A stretch of 64,000 nucleotides of DNA from Eledone cirrhosa (taxonomy: Eukaryota). The position numbers were made by a program, and so were the translations under genes. The notes below the pieces were generated by a model. The model worked only from the letters and a program-made list of their open reading frames with translations. It did not search any database and was not told where the DNA came from. Position 1 is the stretch's first letter, and the number at the start of each line of letters is the position of its first letter. Shown here one piece after another: positions 55,495 through 64,000 of this stretch. The stretch lies in NCBI GenBank assembly GCA_964016885.1, contig OZ024740.1:305784001-305848000 (forward strand). Reading direction: 5' to 3'.

Positions 55495-55620
55495 TTCCTT
55501 GCTGATGAGTGTAACAGCCCAGTTGCGTAAATGTCTGCACATATTACGCGATTTTCTGACATTGAGGATATATCTGCATTTGTGAAGATATGTTGCACAG
55601 AAACGATATCGTCCAAGGGA
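55495..55620 (+). ncRNA. Type I hammerhead ribozyme motif with an extended stem II
   Basis: ttccttg-CTGATGA-gtgtaaca...tgttgcac-a-GAAA-cga-ta-tc-GTC-caaggga: 7-bp stem I, 8-bp base of stem II, palindromic stem III acgatatcgt, GUC cleavage triplet. Confidence 0.75.
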
Positions 55621-55801
55621 TTAGAATTTCACCTTTCTCTCTACCTAAACACCGCCGCCACATCTGATAAAACTATTGTGTGCACTCTGAACGGCTGATT
55701 GCAACTCCATTACTGCAATTCAGCAAATTCAAATAGTGAGCTAGACGCTGGCCGGGGACCGTTGAATTAATACCACCGATCTTCGTTAATTTTATATAGT
55801 G

Positions 55802-55931
<130 letters not shown>

Positions 55932-56085
55932 ACGCTTTTACAGGACTAGAACTGTTTCATTCGGGAGATATCACGAAGCCATGATGACTGTATTAGGCTT
56001 CCTGATGATTTCTCCCGAATGAAACACTTCTAGTCCTGTAGAAACCATTTCTATATTAAATATTTATACTCTGCTTTATATTGAG

Positions 56086-56131
<46 letters not shown>

Positions 56132-56486
56132 ACTATGACTACGCCATGTCGACTACGACCACTAACAACAACAACAACAATAATAATAATAATAAAAGTG
56201 ATGTTGATGGTGATGATTACTAGAAAATGCTATTTTCATCATTTCTAAAAATAGCAAAACAATTGATGCTTTGGATAGGGTCAATTAGTAGTCGTTAGAC
56301 ATGCTCAACCAACCGTGACGCCTTTACCAATCAGCTTTAGTAATTCAGTGAAACTACACACGGATTGGTCGAAATACAGTTTGCAAGATTTAGCATTCTG
56401 GAGCCACTTTTCACTGTATATAAGGCACAAAATTTACCCATCTCATTACAGTTGCAAATTGCAAACTTGACTGTCACCACACATTA

Positions 56487-56525
56487 TGAACCTGAAGATT
56501 GCGAAAGCATGAAAGTACTTGTTCA
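56487..56525 (+). ncRNA. Minimal hammerhead ribozyme motif
   Basis: tgaac-CTGAAGA-t-tgc-gaaa-gca-t-GAAA-g-ta-CTT-gttca; palindromic stem III aagtactt. Confidence 0.7.
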
Positions 56526-56637
56526 ATTAACACTTAACATTTAATATTCCACCATACTATTTCATTCTAATACCATTATACATTTTAAAGGATTGTAAAT
56601 AAAACGAGTAAATCAGACAAAGTTGAAATTCCTTTTA

Positions 56638-56719
<82 letters not shown>

Positions 56720-56750
56720 TGTGTGTGTGTATGTATATATATATATATAT

Positions 56751-56785
<35 letters not shown>

Positions 56786-56949
56786 GAGAAAGAGAGGGAA
56801 GGAGAGAGAGAGAAAGAGAGAGAGAGAAGAGAGAAAAGGAGGGTAGAGAGAAAGAGTGGCAGAGTGGTATTTGAAAAGAAAATTAGTTAACTATATAAGA
56901 GAATGACTGGGAGAAAAGATAAAAAAGTTGAACGAGAGGAAAAAAAATG

Positions 56950-57455
56950 GATGGTGTCACACCTACTACCAAAACGGTGTAACACCTACTACTAAGACGG
57001 TGTCACACCATGACGGTGTAACACCTACTACTAAGACGGTGTCACACCATGACGGTGTCACACCTACTACAAAGACGGTGTCACACCAAGAGGGTGTCAC
57101 TCCTACTATAAAGACGGTGTCACACCAAGAGGGTGTCACTCCTACTATAAAGACGGTGTCACACCTACTACTAAGACGGTGCCGCACCAAGATGGTGTCA
57201 CACCTTCTACTAAGACGGTGTCACACCAAGATGGTGTCACACCTACTACTAAGACGGTGTCACACCAAGATGATGTTACACCTACTATAAAGACGGTGTC
57301 ACACCCAGACGGTGTCACACCCAGACGGTGTCACACCTACTATAAAGACGGTGTCACACCAAGACGGTGTCACACCTACTACAAAGACGGTGTCACACCC
57401 AGACGGTGTCACACCTACTATAAAGATGGTGTCACACCTACTACTAAGACGGTAA
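56950..57455. repeat. Minisatellite of alternating 23-bp (gacggtgtcacacctactactaa) and 16-bp (gacggtgtcacaccaa) subunits
   Basis: Directly visible. Confidence 0.9.
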
Positions 57456-57594
57456 CATACACTTCATACTCTTTCTGTTGCTGAGTAATTAAGTATAGGG
57501 TGGGGTGGGGTGGGGTGGGGTGGGGTGGGGTGGTGGGACCGTTTAAATAATTGCATTAGAAAAACTCATACAGGTTATGAATAGGAATAGCAAT

Positions 57595-57624
57595 GTGATG
57601 ATGATGATGATTACTATTATGATA

Positions 57625-57669
<45 letters not shown>

Positions 57670-57681
57670 ACTATTATGATA

Positions 57682-57726
<45 letters not shown>

Positions 57727-57738
57727 ACTATTATGATA

Positions 57739-57774
<36 letters not shown>

Positions 57775-57786
57775 ACTATTATGATA

Positions 57787-57837
<51 letters not shown>

Positions 57838-58086
57838 ACTATTATGATAATGATGATGATGATGATTACTATTATGATAATGATGATGATGATGATGATT
57901 ACTATTATGATAATGATGATGATGATGATGATTACTATTATGATAATGATGATGATGATGATGATTACTATTATGATAATGATGATGATGATGATGATTA
58001 CTATTATGATAATGATGATGATGATGATGATTACTATTACGATAATGATGATGATGATGATGATGATGATGATTACTATTATGATA
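57595..58086. repeat. Compound (GAT)n minisatellite punctuated by tactattatgataat
   Basis: About 13 units with a variable GAT count. Confidence 0.9.
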
Positions 58087-58273
58087 ATTGTTTCTACTTT
58101 TGGCACAAGGCCAGCAATTACCCAGTACATTACTGGTACTTTATTTTATCGACCCCGTAAGGATGAAAGGCAAAGTTAACCTCGGCGGGATTTGAACTCA
58201 GAATGACAAGGGCCGTAACTCTATGCTGGAAAGCATGGCGTCCGACCCTCTACCGATACTGCCAATCCACCGC
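58087..58273 (-). mobile_element. tRNA-SINE copy with target-site duplication
   Basis: Family match; ttactattatgataat on both sides. Confidence 0.85.
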
Positions 58274-58768
58274 AGTTTACTATTATGATAATGAGAATGA
58301 TGATGATGAGGATGATGATGAGGATGATGATGATGACGATGATGATGATGATGATGACGATGATGATGACGATGATAATGACGATGATGATGATGATGAG
58401 GATGATGATGAGGATGATGATGATGACGATGATGATGACGATGATAATGATGATGACGACGACGATGATGATGATGATGTTAATGATGTTGATGACGATG
58501 ATGACAATGATGATGGCGATGTCGACGGCGACAACGGCGACGACTATAATGGCGACAATGGCTACGACAAAGATTGCAATGGTAAAAAACATTCCATCCA
58601 TTCTCAGAACATATATTTGTTATTTCAAGTGTCCATGTAAATTCTCATTGTAAATTAGAACATAACTTTCTGTTTTCCTTTCTCGCTGAAGGCATATTAT
58701 GGCGAACGAGAGATGAAATTTTCGGATAAACTTTTAGAAAATAAACATGATAATAATAATAATAATAA

Positions 58769-60850
58769 TGTAAGGATCAGCTTTTGGTTAACAAAATGAT
58801 ACTGGAAGATTGTCATAATAGACACAAAAATCTATCAATTGCTTGGATAGATTATAAAAAAGCATTCGATAGTTTTCCACACAGTTGGATTGAAAAATGT
58901 TTAGAGATTTTCAAAATATCTCCCGTTGTCAGGAGGTTTTTGTCATTCAGTATGAAGACATGGAAAACTCCACTCCTTTTGAATAGTGAAACAAAATCAC
59001 TGGAAGCTGGAGAAGTTAATATTAATTGTGGAATTTTTCAGGGTGACTCTTTATCACCGCTTTTATTCTGCATCGCACTTATACCACTAAGTAAAATGCT
59101 CAATGAAACAAAACATGGATATAAAGTCTATGACAAAACCATTAATCACTTGTTCTACATGGATGACCTGAAACTATTTGCAAAAAATGATGAACAATTG
59201 CAAGGGCTATTATCCACTGTGGAGCAGTTCAGTGATGACATTAAAATGGAGTTTGGACTAGATAAATGCGCCAAAGCAACGTTCACCAGAGGAAAGCTGC
59301 TGAAAAGTTCAGACATTAATCTTGATCGGGGGAATGTGATAAGAGAACTTGATCAAGAGGAAACTTACAAATATCTAGGTGTTTGTGAAGGAGACGGAAT
59401 CAAGCACTCGACAATGAGGGAAAGGATAAGGAAGGAATGTTACCGCAGAGTAAGAGCAATCTTAAGAACGGAATTGAATGCAAGGAATAGGATCGATGCC
59501 ATAAACACGCTTGCCATACCAGTAGTAACCTACAGTTACAATGTCATCAACTGGTCAAGCACAGAGATCCGTAGGCTCGATACAAAAATTCGAAAATTCT
59601 TAACCATGCACAGAATGCATCACCCTAAGGCAGATACAGATAGAATATATCTCTCTAGGAAAGAAGGAGAAAGTGTGTTAATCCAGTTAGATATTGCGTT
59701 GAAAACTGCAACAATTGGATTATCTACATATCTAAGGGAATCACATGATTGGATGATCAAACTCGTTTTGAAACACGAAAGCATCAAAAGATCATACTCC
59801 ATTACAAAAGATGCACAAAGATACAGTAATAGACTACAAATTTCAGAAGTCCCATTTACTGCTGAAATGGAAAACACAGAAAAAGCAAAGCAGGTAAAAG
59901 TAACTGCAAAGAAAGAACTGCTACAGAAACTGGCTAAGAAATGGCAAGAAAAGCCTCTGTATGGAAAATACCCAGAACGAGCTAACAATCCTGATGTTGA
60001 CAAAACTTTAACCCATCAGTGGTTGGCATCCTCTGGACTGAAATCGGAGACTGAAGGACTGATTATATCAGCACAAGATCAGTGTCTGCCAACAAAAAAT
60101 TACCAAGCCAACATAATAAAAAATGGATGCAGCCCAGTATGCCGTGTATGTAAAAAACAACCAGAGACCATTGACCATATAATTTCAATGTGCAGTCCTA
60201 TAGCTCCAACCGAATACCTAAACAGGCATGATAGAGCTGCACAATACATACATTGGATAATGTGTAAGCATTTTGACCTGCCCCATCAAAAGAATTGGTG
60301 GGAGCATCAACCACCTCCCATACTTGAAAAAGATCACATCTCAATCTTGTGGAACTTTAGCATCCAAACAGACCGAAATATAGATGCAAATAGACCTGAT
60401 ATAATATTGAAGGACTTTAAAAAGAGGGTATGCCTGCTAATTGATATGTCCGTTCCAATAGACAAGAATGTATCTATAAAAACATTTGAAAAATTGAGCA
60501 AGTATAAGGACCTGGAGATAGAAATTGGAAAAATGTGGAAATTGAGAACTAAAACAATACCAGTGGTTGTAGGCGCTCTAGGAATGATACATAAGGGCTC
60601 TAATGATTACTTATCGCAAATCCCAGGAAACCCGCGTATAGGAGAAATACAAAAGATAGTACTAATGGGAACTGCCCATATACTAAGGAAGATTCTGTCA
60701 ATATAAGTACATCACAAGTCTAAACACCTAAAGATGCATGTGTGACTATGTATGTTCTTTCTTGAACATGGCGGACCTTGTTGTCTCTTGAGGTCACTGG
60801 TTGTGACTTGGTGATAACTCGTATGAACATAAAGCAAGATAAATGCAGCT

Positions 60851-60851
<1 letters not shown>
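58769..60851 (+). mobile_element. 5'-truncated R4/Dong-type non-LTR retrotransposon inserted in (TAA)n
   Basis: Starts mid-RT (CKDQLL) right after (TAA)n at 58751-58769. About 145 bp of 3' UTR follows the stop, then (TAA)n at 60852-60885. Confidence 0.9.
58784..60706 (+). CDS. Reverse transcriptase plus CCHC knuckle plus restriction-like endonuclease (RLE), N-terminally truncated, 640 aa open
   Basis: Motifs WIDYKKAFDS, GIFQGDSLSPLLF, HLFYMDDLKLFA, YKYLG, CRVC..ETIDHIISMC, RHD, NRPDIIL..LIDMSVP, KLSKYKDL. Confidence 0.9.
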   Translation: MVNKMILEDCHNRHKNLSIAWIDYKKAFDSFPHSWIEKCLEIFKISPVVRRFLSFSMKTWKTPLLLNSETKSLEAGEVNINCGIFQGDSLSPLLFCIALIPLSKMLNETKHGYKVYDKTINHLFYMDDLKLFAKNDEQLQGLLSTVEQFSDDIKMEFGLDKCAKATFTRGKLLKSSDINLDRGNVIRELDQEETYKYLGVCEGDGIKHSTMRERIRKECYRRVRAILRTELNARNRIDAINTLAIPVVTYSYNVINWSSTEIRRLDTKIRKFLTMHRMHHPKADTDRIYLSRKEGESVLIQLDIALKTATIGLSTYLRESHDWMIKLVLKHESIKRSYSITKDAQRYSNRLQISEVPFTAEMENTEKAKQVKVTAKKELLQKLAKKWQEKPLYGKYPERANNPDVDKTLTHQWLASSGLKSETEGLIISAQDQCLPTKNYQANIIKNGCSPVCRVCKKQPETIDHIISMCSPIAPTEYLNRHDRAAQYIHWIMCKHFDLPHQKNWWEHQPPPILEKDHISILWNFSIQTDRNIDANRPDIILKDFKKRVCLLIDMSVPIDKNVSIKTFEKLSKYKDLEIEIGKMWKLRTKTIPVVVGALGMIHKGSNDYLSQIPGNPRIGEIQKIVLMGTAHILRKILSI

Positions 60852-60887
<36 letters not shown>

Positions 60888-61269
60888 TTTCTTTATTGGC
60901 CACAAGGTCTGACATCAAGAAAAACATTACAGACGGCACAGGACGGTACAGGACGGTACGATGTGGGTTTTGTGCGTGTAAATATTTTTATTATTTATAT
61001 AAGAAAAGAAAAAAAAGGACATAGAAACATATATATATATATAAACAATAAAAATGAAAATTGAAACAATAATAATAATAATTGTTTCTACTTTTGGCAC
61101 AAGGCCAGCAATTACCCAGTGCATTACTGATACTTTATTTTATCGACCCCGTAAGGATGATAATAATAATAATAATTTCTTTATTTTGTAAGGGATAAGA
61201 TGGATTGATGATATAGGAGACATTATAAAAACGACGGGTGTTTACTCAAATTGTGTATGTATATGTATA

Positions 61270-61312
<43 letters not shown>

Positions 61313-61344
61313 ACACACACACACACACACATACACACACACAC

Positions 61345-61383
<39 letters not shown>

Positions 61384-61485
61384 TATATTTTGGTGTCCCA
61401 AAAATGTATACACACTTCAACAGCATTCTAATATATATTGCCTGTACAGGTTATCAAAGTATGTATACATTTTTCGGGGACACCC

Positions 61486-61523
<38 letters not shown>

Positions 61524-61641
61524 AAAAGATTCAGGACCCGACATATATATATATATATCAAAGGTATATATTGAGATAGAAACTCAAAATAGTCTCTTAC
61601 AATTAAATAGCTCAAAGAAAGAGGTTTTCTGAACCGTGTAA

Positions 61642-61871
61642 TATAATTGAATATAAAAGAAAGATAAACACAGATATAAACATATATGTGTTCAAATCGT
61701 AAGGGACCAGATTCGCTAGGGTGAAAAAAATACTAACTATTAACAATAGGGTGTGCCAGACTCAATTTAAAATAATAAATCAAGAAAAGAAATACAAACT
61801 GATATTGGGCAACGATTTGAACGCATATATGTTTATATCTATGTTTATCTTTCTTTTATATTCAATTATAT
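61642..61871. repeat. Inverted repeat, arms of about 60 bp, spacer of about 110 bp, flanked by (TA)n
   Basis: tataattgaatataaaagaaagataaac..ttcaaatcgt vs acgatttgaa..gtttatctttcttttatattcaattata. Confidence 0.8.
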
Positions 61872-61887
61872 ATATATATATATAGTA

Positions 61888-63258
61888 ATAATTGTTTCTA
61901 CTTTTGGCACAAGGCCAGCAAGTACCCAGTACATTACTGGTACTTTATTTTATCGACCCCGTAAGGATGAAAAGCAAAGTTAACATCGGCGGGATTTGAA
62001 CTCAGAATGGCAAGGGCCGTAACTCTATGCGTCAAAGCATGGCGTCCGACCCTCTACTGGCACTGCCAATCCACCGCCTATATATATAGTAATAATAGTA
62101 ATTGTTTATACTTTTGGCACAAGGCCAGCAATTACCCAGTGCATTACTGGTACTTTATTTTATCGACCACGTAAGGATGAAAGGCAAAGTAAACCTCGGC
62201 GGGATTTGAACTCAGACCGTAAAGGGACGTAACTATGCTGGAAAGCATGGCGTTCGAGTCTCTACCGATACTGCCAATCCACCAATAATAATAATTGTTT
62301 CTACTTTTGGCACAAGGCCAGCAATTACCCAGTACATTACTGGTACTTTATTTTATCGACCCCGTAAGGATGAAAGGCAAAATAATAATAAATGTGAAGA
62401 CTAAAATCCGAAGAGGGCTCGATAGGGATTATATATAAATATATATAAAATTCGTAGAGCAAATATTTATTAAAATAACAGATTAAAGTTTAAGCAAAGA
62501 ACTGCTGCTTTCACCCTTAACGGGATCTTATGAAACTAAAAAGAATCAAACTGTGGACGTAGAAGTAAATATTTCGAAAAACGTTACAACCGAAGGAAAA
62601 CAGGAAGACGATACTTGGGTTCGTGAAGACGTTCCCTGGCAATGAACGGGAAAAAAGCGAGAATAATACGTCGTTATATGGAGCGGGGAGAACAATTTCT
62701 CGCAAAGACGAAACACGTTTATGGTATAAATGGAGTCATTAGACTAAAATTCTATTTAGAATAACCGAATGATTCTTAGCTCCGGAGTTTAAGAATAATG
62801 GTTTCTTATATAGGCACAAGGCCATCAATTTTTGGGAAGGGGAAAGTCGATTAAATCGACCCCAGCGCGTGACTGGTACTTTATTTTACGGACCCCGTAA
62901 GGATGAAAGGCAAAGTTAACCTCAATGGGATTTTAACTCAGATCATAAAGAGCCGTAACTCTATGCTGCAAAGCATGACGTCCGATCCTCCACCGGTGCT
63001 GCCAATCCACCGAGTTTAAGAATAATGTAAATAAAGTTGTTAAACGAAAAATACAGGGGTTATTAAAATAATTGTTTCTACTTTTGGCACAACGCCAGCA
63101 ATTACCAGTACATTACTGGTACTTTAATTTATCGACCCCGTAAGGATGAAAGGCAAAGTTGACCTTGGCGGGATTTTAACTCAGAAGGGAAAGGGCCGTA
63201 ACTCTATGCGTCAAAGCATGACGTCCGACCCTGTACCGATATTGCCAATCCACCGCCC
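61888..63258 (-). mobile_element. Cluster of five same-orientation tRNA-SINE copies (61888-62078, 62098-62283, 62293-62380 partial, 62800-63011, 63072-63258)
   Basis: Family match. Target-site duplications gagtttaagaataatg (62785/63012) and aggggttattaaaataat (63055/63260). Confidence 0.85.
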
Positions 63259-63696
63259 TAGGGGTTATTAAAATAATAAAAGATTTAGGCTAGTGCATAA
63301 GTATGCGCCGATGTATGCATATAACTTTGTTATATATAGAAATGACTTCTACAGGACTAGAATTGTTTCATTTGTATGAAATCTTCAGGAATGTCATTTT
63401 TATATATAATAAAGATGTCTATACTACACTAATGTTACTACCGACACATCCCGGAAGTCTATGTATTCTATTTATACATTGAAGAATATGTATGCATAAT
63501 GAGTTTTCCTTTTCTAATGGAAAATTTTCGAATAAATTGTTGTAAAAATCCATTATGCATACTTATTCTTTACTGCATATATTCCGCCTGAACCACCAGA
63601 TGTTATCTGGGTTGCTTCAGGATGCTAGGTGCTTACCTCAGGATACTTTGAGATCTACAAGTTAGAATGCCCTAACTGGTTATCTACTTGCATATC

Positions 63697-63787
<91 letters not shown>

Positions 63788-64000
63788 GCAGCACACATCA
63801 TTCCACATCGCTACTTCGAGGCCATATGGATACCCACTCTAATTTTCAACAAGCAGAGGTATGTCACTTTTCTTCTTGCGCTTTCTTCGATGAAATCGTC
63901 GATAGGGAGGTACAATATTTTGTGACATATCTCTCTTACGTTTTTTTTTCAGGAACCGTTTCACATTCAAAATTTCCTGACTTGCCAAGTTAGTAAATTA

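Noticed and set aside
56950-57455. CRISPR-like repeat appearance (also 49967-50142)
   Set aside because: No unique spacers, eukaryotic context and no cas genes; ordinary minisatellites.
63637-63654. 18-nt minus-strand microexon (ag|ATCTCAAAGTATCCTGAG|gtaagc)
   Set aside because: Good donor but weak polypyrimidine tract; chance occurrence is likely without RNA evidence.

Overview
AT-rich, microsatellite-saturated animal genomic DNA, mostly intronic or intergenic. The SINE families and the (TA)n/(CA)n/(GA)n density suggest an octopus-like cephalopod (inference). Almost all ORFs in the track are microsatellite or tandem-repeat artefacts. One host coding exon is well supported (36388-36716, minus strand): a Pro-rich segment followed by a motif resembling the PRDM14 pre-SET region. 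The rest is mobile DNA and tandem repeats: an R4/Dong-type RLE retrotransposon with an open 640-aa RT-RLE frame in (TAA)n, a GC-rich Tx1/L1-type LINE, CR1-like and RTE-like remnants, a bipartite RTE-derived short element, about 20 tRNA-SINE copies, several MITEs, a non-autonomous Helitron and a 6.9-kb array of a 74-bp unit. The most unusual signal is more than 20 hammerhead-ribozyme (HHR) motifs from roughly 8-10 unrelated short non-coding families. They mostly sit beside (TA)n/(CA)n tracts, often inside long fold-back palindromes or partial tandem repeats, as expected for Penelope-like pseudo-LTR or retrozyme elements. Three families carry the compensatory U3-A8 core instead of C3-G8. All pairings were worked out by eye; no database search or folding program was run.
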